Part shown: positions 23,479 to 37,330 of the stretch, one piece after another | Numbering within the stretch: position 1 is the first letter of the stretch | How the letters are laid out: every line of letters starts with the position of its first letter | Assembly: GCA_002633005.1 (NCBI GenBank) | Contig: NMRA01000024.1 | Span: 831,786-895,785, forward strand | Direction of reading: 5' to 3' | Source: Phoronis australis | Taxonomy: Eukaryota; Animalia; Phoronida | DNA: 64,000 nt | Notes under the pieces: generated by a model | The model's database searches: none | Told to the model about the DNA's origin: nothing | The model's input: only the letters and a program-made list of their open reading frames with translations | Made by a program: the position numbers and the translations under genes

Positions 23479-26402
23479 GGCATTCGTCAAAGCACAACAG
23501 ACCGACAGTACGAAGACGAAATAAGCCGACACGAGTGGTTCGACATGTAAGGGTGAGTTGTTACGTGTAGCTCTTTCCATGTTAGATACACAGACATTGT
23601 ACACCAAGTGTGTAAGCTCTTTGCCAAATGATTCATATACCATGTCTAGAGGGCCAGCACATTACTGACATCTGTGGGCGGCTGAATCTGACTGAAACTG
23701 CCAATCAGTCACTAAATGGAAACAAAAACACAATTACATCATCCTGACAGAGAGACTGATAATGCACGTTTTGAACACAGAACACACAAGACACTGCTGT
23801 GTTTTAGTGGCTGTTAAAACTGATTATGTTTGAAATTTGAAACTGTCAGTACAACCAGATAGATAAGTGAATCAAGTAGTTATACCAAAAGATTTGTAAG
23901 AGAGAAGAGATGGTGATGCAGACGAGAGAATCCTGATAAGCAAAATGAACTAAAATCAACTACCACGAGGTAGGAAGTACTTGTATTACTCAAATCATAT
24001 GTGATTTCCTAAACCCACTCTTAACACTCTGTTATAAGAACTGACCAGTGCCTGTTATATTACAATCAATCATTTCCCAAACAAAGTAAATATTTAACAA
24101 TTTTTTAATTTTTCACAGGGTGCTTGCATCTAAAACGACATTTTGGAGAGACAATGCGGTAGGTAATAAATGTGTCTCGAAATAAAATAAAAGCCATTAC
24201 GAACAATGAAATAAGAATCATTAATAAAAGTCCGGTTTGGTAATCAATCAGTGAATTGAACTGAGAAGTCCATGAAGGTTTGTGAAGAAAACTAACAAGA
24301 GATTCCTACTATTCAGTCAGTCTGGTTTACTTCAGGGAGTCAAACCATAATTACAAATGCTGTTTATAGAAGAAAGAAGAGGGACTGAATGTAGGCTGCT
24401 ACTAAAACAGAAAGAGTTCCAGCAAAGAGCCTACACACTACAGATGGCGCTTGAGAGCATTGGAGGATGTAACATAAGGGGAGGTACGTCTGCAACTCTT
24501 GCCATGGATGTGGCCGTTTTCAACGGAAGTTCAACTTAAAGACTGGAAGTTTTAGTCCGCTGATAACCACTTTAAGGAGAGATAACTTCGATAAGATGAT
24601 GCTGAGATGATGCGGAAAACTAATGCTGATTTGAGGCTTCAGTAAATAGGTGCCGAAAGAATTTGATCTGGAACCAGACATGAACAAAGGGAAAGTAAAA
24701 AGGAGAGACTTACTTCTTAAGTTTCGTTTTTTATTAGTTTTCAACACTGGACTATAATTTCATTAAACGTTCAAAGACTGCTATGCAAGAGTATTTTAAA
24801 CAGTGATGAAGAACAGGCCATGGCAAGAGTTACAAATTATAGTCATGATAACACAATGCTACGTGACAAGGCAATATTATACAAAATTGATCAGAAATCT
24901 GACCAAAAACACAGAAAAAGTCAAATCCATTTCAGACAACGGGCACACAATTTCTGACAAAACAACAGCTGTCAGACGTGAAGAGCCCAGATCCGAATGT
25001 AACACAAAGTCAACATCAAGGCAAATGTATTTAATCTAAAATTTGACAATTTCCACATAAAGTACCATCATGATAAAGTCATAATGAGGGCTTGAGTATG
25101 CCAGAGTTGAGCGAAATAGATTCAACTGTAAACAGATCAAATTTAGTCATCAAACAGGACAAGCTTTACTCAAAACAAAACTACCTTCATTTTGAACCGC
25201 CATGTTGAATTCATAATTAGGTAATGCAGTTTGTACAACTGTTAGCAAGACTACATACTGAGCTAAAACTGGACTAGACCTATACTGGAACATGGACAGG
25301 AAGGAGTTTTGAGCTCAAGCTTATCCTGAAGAATAATTCATTTCAACATTTTTCATAACATTGTAACTCTGACTACGGTAACTCGATATAGGCAAACGAT
25401 CCCTTGCATTGAAATGGCTGAAAATCGCGACATTTTGAGCATTTGATGAGAAGGAAGTTTCGTGACGTGCTCGTCACAAATTCAGAAGCCGCAGTGGGGC
25501 TGTGTTCATTAAAACACGACAAGACAACACGAGAAAGTCCAAATGTCAGTGCACAACAAGTTACCGTAGACAGAAAAATATGAAGAGAATAATTTTCGAA
25601 AAACCACAAAAACAACATGACCTTCATGTCTTGATGTTTACGAAGCCAGAAGATCACATAAATTGAATGATATTTCACGATTTTAACGCAAACTGAATTT
25701 CTCAAAGAATGCATCAATTTCAAAACATTGAGAAATAATGTTGCAATTTCAATTCAAATTAGTAAGTCACATCAATACATTTCGAAATCATTGGTTGTGA
25801 TCATTCACAAAATATGCTTACTTCATGGCTATGAATCTAAACGAAAATTTAACAACGAAATTAATACAAATTGAACCAACCTTCATCGGCACAAAAACGA
25901 AAGCACAATAATTTCCGTTGGATAAAATTCCATCAACGTGCTTTTCACACAAACAGGGAAATTGTCGTTTACTGTTTAGATGACCAAAACACAAACAACT
26001 CCCCAAATTCTTTACATGTAATGTTCATTATTAATTGATTGCGTACTGTAACGTAAACTGTGATCCGTATGTAAGTTGGTTTATAATCAGATGACTTGAT
26101 TGTCCATAACTTTCATTGGCACTGTATAAAATTTACAATAAATTTTCTCTCCAAATGCGCAACAAAAATATTAGGGATTAAGTTGGATTAGTTTTCCTAA
26201 AATTTATAGAACAGGTTTCAATTGCTGCTAATACGCCTGCAGCTATTTCTTTGTATAGGTTATCCCAAACAGAATTTTACGGGTACCAATAACCTGGATT
26301 ACATTATACAAGGCCAATGAACCTACATGAAGATCATGTCCTATTCAAAATTCACTTTAACTTATTCTGAAAACATTTCCTAATAAAAATCAAAAAACAT
26401 AC

Positions 26403-26456
26403 CTTTGACCCGCGCTCGTTGAAAATTATTTCCACGTCTAGAATTGCACCGAATTG
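26403..26456 (-). CDS. RBFOX: RBFOX 54-nt RRM exon QFGAILDVEIIFNERGSK
   Basis: Acceptor tattctacag, donor AAG|gtatg. Near-identical to vertebrate QFGKILDVEIIFNERGSK. Confidence 0.97.
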
Positions 26457-26698
26457 CTGTAGAATACAAGAAAAATGTTTGTAAACAAAATGATTTCTTG
26501 TACCAAATGGGTCGCATACAGTACACAGAAACATAATACGAGAAATATGTAACGAAATCATAAAAATTTTACACAACAAACATGGCCTCATGTGCTCAGC
26601 ACATACCAGCTGACAAATGAGTGATGGAAGCCAGCTGGCATTTTTTTATTAACAATCAATCGTTAAAGGTGTTCGAGAATTTTAATCCTCACGCTTAC

Positions 26699-26830
26699 CC
26701 CTAATAAATTCCTCAAATCTGCCTCTCGGAATCTGAAGGGGATGTTAGACACGTGTAACCTTTTTGGACCCTCCGTGGACAGGGCAGAATCTGTAGAGAC
26801 GGGCGTTTGGCCAGGTAAGACTTCCGTTTG
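26699..26830 (-). CDS. RBFOX: RBFOX 132-nt exon ...GPKRLHVSNIPFRFREADLRNLLG (RNP2)
   Basis: Acceptor tttctttcag, donor GGG|gtaagc. PKRLHVSNIPFRFR is the Fox-1 RRM hallmark. Confidence 0.97.
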
Positions 26831-28339
26831 CTGAAAGAAATCGTGGAATTTCCAATCATCAGCGTCAAAGCATTCACTGCAACTATATCGAACGGGCAAC
26901 TCGCACGCAGGGGATGTTGGATATTATACCATCACTGCTTGCAGCAACCGATCCAGGAAAGAAGAGGGGGACAAGAGTGATCGCAATGTGGTTCACGCAT
27001 TTTAAATTTCCTCCTTTCACGGGGCATCATTGTTTCAAAGATATCAACAGTTGTTGCACCTTTACCCAGTCATCATCAACCTTTCACTCATGCATTACTT
27101 ATTTTCCAACTGATCACCACAAATCCATCTCCCCCTGCCAGCTCAAACCCAATTTTCATTCACATTCATGAATTCCATCTAATTTCACAGTTTGAGTACA
27201 AAAAAATCATGAAATCATGTTCACGGCAAACTTCAAATGACCGACATCGATTTCACGTTCACGTGCTTAAAAAGTGCCGTTCCACGGATCAAGAATAAGC
27301 CATGTCTCCCCAATACCACTGCCTCATTGGTCATCAACACCTTATGTAATCGGTAAACCCATTTGCATGACCTATTTATAAAATGCTGGATCAACCCCAG
27401 CTTCTGACAATCAAATAATATTAAAGAAAATGCTTTCAAGATCATTGAATCCTTTATCATTTGAAAACCTTGTAAACCATGTACGTGTAGTAATCAAGAG
27501 TAGAAATTTGAGCAACCTTTTCACACCTTTACCAGTATACTTGTCTTTCAAAACCGAGCTGTCATATTTTGTGGGAATAATTAATTATCTTAAGTAACTA
27601 GACATGTTATTCAATTTTCAGATGTCCGCAATTGTTCCATCTGCACTTAGCACCTGCATTCTCTATTTCAATCATTTAATAATCTTATTTGTCATCTCGG
27701 CAATGATTTCACACATCGTTCTCATGAGGGTCAAGAAATTTCCACAAAGGAAGGCAGGTTGCACTGTATCAACCAGCAACTGAGATGACAGAGAGAAACT
27801 TTTCCAATAACGTAGATACTCACAAGAAGACAGAGTATCAATATTTGCTGTATTTATGTCTGTACCCTTCTACGTTACTCACAGGTTGCCATTAATTTCA
27901 AGATTTGAGTCCATTTTAAAGATGAATGGAGATGAGGTCAAAAAGTAGTAGCCAACTTCAATAGAATAAATCAACTCCACTCGAGTGTAAATCAACTCCA
28001 CTCAAGTGTAAATGTAAAACTCTAGGAACCTTAACTCATTGTATTTAAACCTCTGAATTGGTCTTGGCGCCAGTTAAGAGGATTTTTGAAGAAGGAGCTT
28101 CATACGGTGAAGCTACTAAAAGGACATCAAATAGAAACTATCTTGGTCTTGTCATCTGTGGTCTTAACCAAAACAAAACAAAATCGAGACTACTAAATGC
28201 TTAATTATCACAAACATTTTTAAGTGTGGCCAGCATGCCACCTGTGGCGATATACATTTCCACGCCAGTTTAACAATTACATATTTTTATAAATGCTATA
28301 ATGCTTCTACTCAACACCGATTGACCAATAGACACTAAC

Positions 28340-28504
28340 TGGTTGTTCAACTCCATTTGTCGAGGCAACGGCAGGCGGACTGAAAGCGGGTGGCACTTGT
28401 TCCGTCGACGTTGGTGTCTGTGTCTGTGAGAATTCCTCAAGGCCCGCCTGACCGGCGGCCGCAAACTGTGGGTACGTGGGTGTCATCTGATTCTGCACCA
28501 TGTG
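28340..28504 (-). CDS. RBFOX: RBFOX 165-nt N-terminal exon HMVQNQMTPTYPQF...TNGVEQP
   Basis: Acceptor ttttttccgtttttcag, donor CCA|gttagt. Phase 0-0. MVQ motif as in other Fox-1 N-termini; internal ATG at 28501. Confidence 0.85.
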
Positions 28505-31500
28505 CTGAAAAACGGAAAAAAACATGGAATAAGTAAAAACGTGAACCCTGGAGGATGCTACACACATTTGAAGATTTTGGCCACATGATGAGCTGCCCAC
28601 CAGCACTTGAGAAAATCATAATAGCTCTTAGACAAGAGCACATTTTTGCTTGGCACTTTTGTTTATCACCTTTCACACCATGGTTGGCAATATATGACAA
28701 ACTCAAGTTCTGTACCTAGAATTCCAGAACATTCCAGTTGGATATGGGGTGTAGGTTTTCTAGTGAGGTGCACAAGCCAAGTTGCACAGTCCATTACAAC
28801 TATAACGATAATCTAAATTGTAACTGAAGCACCTTAGCTAATGCTTGTAGTTGAAAATTGTGATATAGTCATTCAGTTCTTCCTAACAAAATTATAATAC
28901 CAAAACCTAACTTAAACAAACAGTTGTCAATGAAGAAAGGGTCACTCAATTTTACTGAATAACACTCTCTAACACTCCAAATCCATAAATGAACAGGGCA
29001 ATAAAGAATAGAAAAGCCATCAACTAGACACACAGAGACTTATCATGACATAAATAACTAAATATTCTGTGCTCTCCCAGATAAGAGACATTTGTTATGT
29101 CTACAGTTGGACAGCATGTTATTAGAACAATACAAAACTCACAAACAACATCTGATTGGCTCTGACCTGACCAGCCCATGAGCCTGTGGATACTTTTTGC
29201 ATTCCGAAAATAAGTTTCATGGGAAGTTCAAATTTAGACCAGAATAAATGCACTCAACATTATCTCAAGTAATGTACAGAACATTTCAATACATACCATA
29301 TTTAAACTACCAATTCCATAAGATTCTCAGCCAGTAACAAACCAGACAGTTCAAACACAAAATGGCACGAAGCCATGGCATTGTTGTAGCACACTAAACT
29401 ATTAAATCACATTCCACCACAAAAAAAACATTCGATTTAGACAACACACCATTATGAAATTGTCCTCTCTGTACCTTGCTTCAATAAGAGACGGTTTCAA
29501 GGCTACCAAAAAACCGCCAGCATAGTCAAAGAATAACCAACTGTCAGTTTGCAAGCCCAGTAATCAATTCTCATTTCAGTAAGGATCAAGCCAGGGACCA
29601 ATTTTATAGCAACAAGTGATCTACATAAAAATTTGCTTCCTTGAAGGAGTGAGTGTTTATACACCACTTAAAGTATAGCCACAAATTTTGCTGCGCTGTG
29701 TGGGCTCAAGTCTAATATCAAGACTTAACATTCTTTAACATTTTTATCTCATAACTGTATGACCCGAGACGCACAACTTACAGTCTCCGAAGCCACATGA
29801 AGAGATTGTAAAGTCAAGTCAAATGAGAGACTTTAAGTTGGAAAGAAAGTATTCTCTCAACTTCACTCAGTCCAAAGTAAAAAAAAAATCGTGCGAAATT
29901 AGGGGCAGTCACGGGTATTATTAATAAGTCATAAAATGCACTGTAGAAGTTTCAAAAGATGTTGCCGCGTCTAGCTTTAATTCAACTCCACAACTCCAAA
30001 TCAAGTAATCACTGGATATCTAAAAAAACGTCACAAGAATTCCGCAGACATTCTACATGTAAACAATGAAAAGCTTCGTTTACAAGATGAAAATAATGTG
30101 TTTAAATCTAGACTAAACTGTGATGGCCAGATAGTTGATGCAAACCTCTTTTGCCTAACACATTTTCCTGATAATCTACTGACCAGCACTGAACCAGAAT
30201 GACACAGAAATGACTAAGAGTCACTAAACCATAGAAGGAAACCAACAACATTTTATGTGGTAGTGATAAGATTAAGAGCCAGCACCATAAAACTGCATGA
30301 AAATTATGGCAAAACCTCACCTCAAAACATGTGTCTACTTTTCGTCAAAAATAGAGATTCAAACAACAGTAAACAATGCCAAGCACAAATCCAATCACAA
30401 CTGGCACATGTAACAAGCACAATAGTGTTTGGGCACAGATGTTCACAGAAAGGTCATGTGTGTTCCATGATGATGACTGGTAGAACTGAACTGACCAATC
30501 AGGGATAGACATAAGCTGTTACTGCGGTAATTATCTAGTGGTAGAACAGAATAAATTATGCAGGTTCTATTAGCTTGCTGTATGTAGCCATACTATGTAT
30601 GGAACAGCAATATTGTCACTTTCACTACTTCTAATGGTAAACAAAGAAACCAGTATCCATTGTTGGGAGTGACAATATAGAATAAAATGCTGAAAGGAAG
30701 ACACCTGATATTATGCACACTCTTAATGATGCACTAATCCAGTTGCTTTAACACCACTGTCAACAAAGAAGCTAAACAAGTACAGCAATTAATGACAGAA
30801 AGAAGGAAATTTACACTAGAGAGCATGAATGGTCACTACCCACATGTTCAACAATACTGTTGATGAAAACGCATAAACCAAGGTTTATGTTTAATGATAA
30901 ATATATTCATGACTGAGGAAATATCGTCATTAGCAGATATTTGTACACCAAGACAACAGTTAATTGGATCCATATGCCGTTCTCTGATCCGACACCATGA
31001 CTGGGATAATGGCATGGTCTTTCACTGAGGTCAGGGGCACTCTCAAACCAAGAGGACAGAATAAGTTCACAATGCTATACTACCGTGGATCTCCATCAGC
31101 AAACAGTTGTGAGGCAAAGGGCCTTTTGCTGCTGCTTAGTCATCAATGCTGAACTCTTAACCAAAGCACTTTGGAGTTGAAAAATATTGTCATGCTTTTC
31201 AGATCTTGAATTGTTGCCAAACGAGCAGCCATTTAAGTAACAGGCAACGTACACATGTGACATTTTTAAATTCACAATTTTTAAGCAGACTAACCCCAAT
31301 AACTCTAAAGCGGTATCTTGACTCAGTTGTCTTGGCAACCGAAATCAAGCCCTATCATGGAATATTACACGGCAGTTTTCATAAGTTTAAGTAGCTCAAT
31401 TCGAAATTTCGTTTCTGGAAGCTAAATAATGAGGAGATTCAGTTGAAAAATCTCTACGGCTACACAGTGGTGCTTACACAGTACATAGTAAGTGAAGCAA

Positions 31501-33600
31501 ACCCTTCTTTAAGAGAAGTCTGATTCCAGACATTCCAAGGAACACAACAATTTAACAAAGTTGCAACTCCACTAAAAACCTAAAGAAATTAAAGCCCACT
31601 ATCCTTAAGAAAACAGGTTCCAAAAGACATAAATAATGAATAAATGTTCCCCTTGAGGGACAGGCTTACCCGTGCCCAGTCTTGGTAGTATTGATTTGAT
31701 GTACACTGCTATGTACTGGTTTGCCAGTGACCAAGGATCAGCCAATCGAGTGTAATTCATACAGACAAATTGGTTCGCGCATACAAAGAGTGGCATGTAG
31801 ACACAAAACAAAAGATTAAAGATTCCTAGGAAGTATTCTTACAACTGAAGCAAGGTGTCTACTATTGATCCAATACTTTGAATAAATAGAGCAAATCATT
31901 AACACAGAGAATATAAACATCAATGCAAACAGGCATTGGAACTGATTGAAAAGTGACAGTTATTGATAAGCCTAATGTCTTTTGGAGTCATTTTTATCTC
32001 GACAAGCCGTTCAAAACAATCCCCCACTTAGAATTTTCATGCCCTTTTCTATGTTCTTGTTTCACTAATCTTCTTTTTCCTCTGAGAAATGGATAACCCA
32101 GCTGCCAAAATCTGGCAGTTAAGGATGCTTCACAAGATAAAACCAGGGCAATTACTGGTAATTACAAATACCCAATCCAACTGTGCGGTGCCCAAAATTG
32201 CTCTATAAAAAAAAAAACACAAAGACTGAAGAACTGAACTAAACGGCAGTGTTCCTGAAGTCCAGGTGGTAAACTGTATTCAAAGGAGTTGAAACTGAAT
32301 CTGAGACATAAGAGACAACCAAATTTGTCCAAGCTGAACACAGCAGCGTGTCAGTGACCTCTTACTGACCCTGAAGATTCTGCAACCAGGCCATGAAGAC
32401 TCCACGCCCCTGGTTTTGCAGAGATACCAAAATGTGAGATCTTCTTTAGAACAATTTTTTTCAAAACTGGCCAAAGTACAATGTACATGCATAGTTAATT
32501 TTCATTAATCATATAAAACATAGCAGACAGCGTAAACCATAATATGCATCTGTGACCATTTAGAATTTTCCTAGCGGAATCTCATCTTACATGATGAATT
32601 GCACAAGGTATAACTGTCTAATGCACAAACTATAACTGTCTAATGCACAAGGTCAACTGTGCAGAACACAGTGTATGTCTACCATGGATTTCAGGCAATA
32701 AATTATTGACCCAACTGCACAAGCCAGCAAAGATCAAAAAGTTAAAGGTTGTTTGAAGAGCAATAACTACGCTCATTTCTACACATCAATCATCATCCAA
32801 CTCTCCTCTTTCCATACCATACATGCATTAAAATTCCTGATGGTGCTTCCTGACTGACTATGCAATGCATTTACATCTCTGAAAGAAACCTGTATTTTCT
32901 TATAATGAACCTTACAAGAAAGATGTATCATTTAGCTGGATAGCTGTCTGGTTTAATGGCCTTGAATTTTGAACATGGGGTTTAACTGTTCTCAATCAAG
33001 TTTCCGCAATAGGATGGCAGGGGAACTAAAATCATTCAATAATGTGGTTTTACAGGCATATTTTCAATAACTTACATCCAATTATAACTTGGAAAGTTGC
33101 ACACAAAGAGAGGAACACCTTTGACAAGCAGGGACAGCTGCTGAGCAGCATTCTATAAATAGACGCTCTAACTTGTTTGATGACATCATTCCCAGACAAC
33201 CTGCTCAAGCAAATCCAAAAGTAAGTATGGGGTGAAAGCAAGCATGAGGTATGACCTGATCTTAAGTGACCATGGGGTCCAGTTGTCTCCGCAACTGACC
33301 CCTGGACAATGGTGAACGCATCAACATTCTGCCTGTTCAGCTACCAAATTTTAAGAATGTTCCAATATCATTGTATGGGAATGACATCATCAACTTGACC
33401 TGTATTTGCATAAAGAGGTCGTGGAATTGTTAGTGAGAGGACAAAATGTGTTTTTGTTACTTTGGTAATTCTGCAGTTACTTCTCGAGAAAAAAAAGTCA
33501 CAAAAAGAAATTCCACTTGTCCTCCATATTGTGTGCTAGATAGAAGAAATACAGCATTCTTAGTAAGTTTTCCCATAGAGTTGGAAAAAGTTCAGGATGA

Positions 33601-33767
33601 CGGTAAATATTCCTGTGAACAGTGAAAAATACATATTTTGAATGTGTCCTGAATTTTAGAAATACATAATACTGACCGTCCAAAATACCAGAAATATGAG
33701 AAAAAGACAGCAAAATCAACAGTGTCCGAAATTCGGGAGACTGTCCTAAATTCGGGAATTTTTACCG
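33601..33767. mobile_element. Short MITE (Tc1/pogo-like)
   Basis: TIRs cggtaaatattcc / ggaatttttaccg; TA at the right flank, GA at the left. Internal repeats gtcc(g/t)aaattcggga. Confidence 0.55.
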
Positions 33768-36700
33768 TAGCACCTTCCAATGAATCCACCATACCTTACA
33801 CCACTATAATGAGTACTGGGTTGCCTTGGTAACATTCCAAATAAAATGTAGAATGACGAATGAGTGAAGCAGGCTTGTGCACAATTCTAGATAAATTCCA
33901 GTTCTAAGGCAAAACTTAGAACAAAACTTTAGGGCCATAGAAAGAAATAAGGCATGATGTAAGACACAGTTTGCAGCATCAGGGATAGTAAAAGAGGTGG
34001 CGACCCAGGACAAAGGTTGAAAACATTGAAATGAAAACATCATACCACCTAATCACCTTTACCTTGCCTGAAATGTATGGCTCAATCATAAGTTCACCTA
34101 GTAAAGTACTTCAGAGTTAATAGAAAGTATAGTTTCAATTACAGTTGAGAGCGGTCATCAAATTAACATCTGGCCTCTCCAAAGAAAAAAACTGTTAATT
34201 TTATACCTTCAAGGAAAATGTACTTACAAACCAAAAACACAGGGTGAACAAACAACTCAGAGACCAGCACAGTAAAAATACAAACCGGACTTCTAACTCC
34301 AATGGTTTAACTCAAAATACTATCGATAGAGACATATAGATAGTGGGCCTGTGTCCAAAAACACTAAAGGCGAAGTATTTAATACCAACGGCAAAAATTC
34401 GTGAAGACGAATGCTGAGCTGCTCGTTAATGACTAGAACAGCTGATCGATTACATTCCTTGAGCAAGAATACCAGATTCAACCATCTCTTCAATGGTCAC
34501 AATCGATTTGTCATAGTAATCCACGAGAATAAAAGCCAACAGAATACGGTCAAATGCACAAAAAAGATTACTTTCTAAGACCGCCAGTTGTGACAGGAAG
34601 GAAAAATTTGTAAACTCACCTTTTGCCTGTAGGCACTATACTACTACTGAAAAATAGCTTAACCCTCCACAAATCCAGAGGTTTTAATCACTGCTTTTAA
34701 AATAAAGAACTATGGTAAAATGTTACCAAATTTGGACAGAAATAATTGCCAAGGCGGATTTTTTGCCACTGTTCACCCGCTATTGCCATAACATAGATGC
34801 AAATGACCATATTCTCTCAAAACACTTCTTTGGTGTTACTTACATCTCGTGAATGAATAAGTATAACTTCCCTTGTCCAGCACATAGTGTCATATTGGTG
34901 AAATTTTACCAAACTTTTACTATTTCCAAGGTTGGGATGAAGTTCTTACTAAGCATGGTTTCCTCGGTTACGAAATTTCAGCTAGGGTCATTTCAATCAT
35001 GAAAATTAAAAGTTGCAGTTAAATGTTTATTGGTACACCAATTGAAGACGTTGTGACAGACAAGTGAAATATACTTATTTTCTCTTTTTTTCATAAAAGT
35101 AGTACCAAATCACCATTTCCCCTTTTGTACCATCATACAATATTTTCCGAAGTTCTGGACATTCACAACAATGTATAGTCAGACATCATTAAATAAGAAA
35201 TTTGTTCTTGTACCTTTGTGTCAATAGAGAATAATGTAACTTGTAAAAAATCATCAGTTCAACTGGAATATTCTATATCCTGTGGCGAAACAAAGCCAAC
35301 ACTAAAAACCTGAACGAGAAATCATGAACAACCTTTGAAAAGTGAACATTGGTTCCAGCAACATGCACGTGACTGCAACGAAATTTAAAGATTAGAAGAG
35401 AACTTTTGGTTAATAAACAAGGAACTAGAAGGAGGTAAGCATAGAACAACACTATAAACCTCTTCTGTGTTAACCTTTACAAACCCTGGCGTTAATTTAG
35501 AAAATACCATCAGAGTTTAATTCAGTAACAGAATATCTAATTAGTTCACTCATTAACTGTAGTCTAGAAATGGAAAGCTTTTAAGATATAGACTGAAATT
35601 TTCATTTTCATTAATGAAATCAGATAACCAATCACTCACCATGTTATAAGGCCAGTGCAACATATTCCTCAGGCAACAGATCGAAGCTATCAAAAAAACT
35701 ACGCCGTCTTCCACACACTTTTTTCACACTCTGCACTAGTACACTGAACACGGTTTGTTTGCAGTTCAGCAGGCAGCCAAACCAGCGCGAGCCAAGGATT
35801 GAATTACAAATTTACAGCATGTTCAAAATACCCAGACTCGTTCTGGTTCAGCCAAATGACTTATATGGAGATGTGCCACCCAATTCATGGGTAATTACCA
35901 TGGCTTCTGCTACCAGTCAGCTGCGATTAACCAAGCAACCATCAATCAAGAGGCAGTAAATCCCGAAAACAAAAGCAAACTATCAATCTGAATTATCCTC
36001 GGCAAGACATCTCATTGGCTGCACAGAAACGCCAAGTATGAGAGGGTTCTGCAAGGGCCAGGCCAAGAAAAACATTTCCAGATTTCTTAAACATCCCCTG
36101 GATGGTACAAACGTAAACATATCAACATTCCTCTAATCTGCACCAATATAATTAAAGAGAAGACAGGGGGCACAGCTTGCGCCATTTGCAAAGGCAGGAA
36201 GTGATGATCCAAAGATGATCTGAAATCTAAACATCCTCACCAATATCTGTAGTCCTGCCAAAATATGAATGGCGTAAGGATCAGCCATGTAAACACACGC
36301 TGATGTGTTCCGATGTGTTGAATTGCGGTAAAACGGACAAGCAATCATGCCTCATTTTGTCTTAAATAATATCCCTTGCATTCAGATTCCAACACAAGGA
36401 CAATACACAACAGTCATCAAAACCTGAAGTCAGTGACCAAAACAACTTAAGGGCCAGTAGCCAACACCAAGCACGAAAATATACAAATCCCAAAAGTGGA
36501 TTTATGTGTTTGGTTTGTAGTTCACAGTTTAGACCTATCACTGGTCTTCATGTAACAAAGTCAGCCATATGTTAAAATGTCCCCTACCAAAATCAATTAA
36601 AAAAAAGAGCAGAAAATATTAACACGATACACAGGTCCTCCAAATTCGCCCATTAGTTTGCGGCCTTGTGGGTTAATTGACCCATACCCACATTTTTCTA

Positions 36701-37151
36701 AAATGACCACTGACAAACATCTCTGTAAGCGCTTAATTTTCACAAATATGTAAGTGTTCTAAATAAATCATGCCAACACAGTAAAATGTTCAAGTTGTTT
36801 TTGCCGATATATTGAACAATATCAATTCTATTTGACTGCGTCCCAAACCGGCAGACTACTACCAAACTTTCAACATGTCCACCTAACGATTACTGACATG
36901 TCAAATTCATTTTATGGTCTTTGTAGTCTGGTACATTTTTACAGAATAAACATTCAGGGTTCATTTCAGAAAAACACTGCAGGAGTGCCACGGCCCATTT
37001 CACACTTAGCTCCATAGGAACACTCCCATTGGTAGCACAAATGCTAGCACTTTCAGTAACAAAAACACACCAGCATTGACAAATGTGCTGTCCATGAAGG
37101 GGTCATTTTTGCCAGCAGTAACTTTCCTTCCTCACCACCCACATCGTGAGT

Positions 37152-37330
37152 GGAGGCAGTGGGGTCTTGTGGTAGAGTTACCAACGTCTAGTCTAACTAT
37201 CGCAGGTTCAACTCCTACTAGTGGTCTAGGTCTACTCCTCCGTAGTTTCACTTGTTGGCCAAAAAGTGAAGAACAATTACCGAGCAACATGAGTGATTAC
37301 AATGCAATGTAACCACAGAATGTACTCTAA
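37152..37330 (+). mobile_element. tRNA-derived SINE fragment
   Basis: GGAGGCAGTGGGGTCTTGTGGTAG (A box-like) and GGTTCAACTCC (B box-like, 37205-15). Related to the 9534 copy. Confidence 0.55.

Noticed and set aside
25373-25420. KGSFAYIEL resembling an RNP1, suggesting a duplicated mutually exclusive RRM exon
   Set aside because: Spacing is off by one residue, a stop follows at once and there is no similarity to the rest of the 93-nt exon.
34614-34655. Possible 27-nt exon with AAG|gtgagt donor in the long intron
   Set aside because: Stops in phase 0; it could only be a UTR exon and nothing else supports it.
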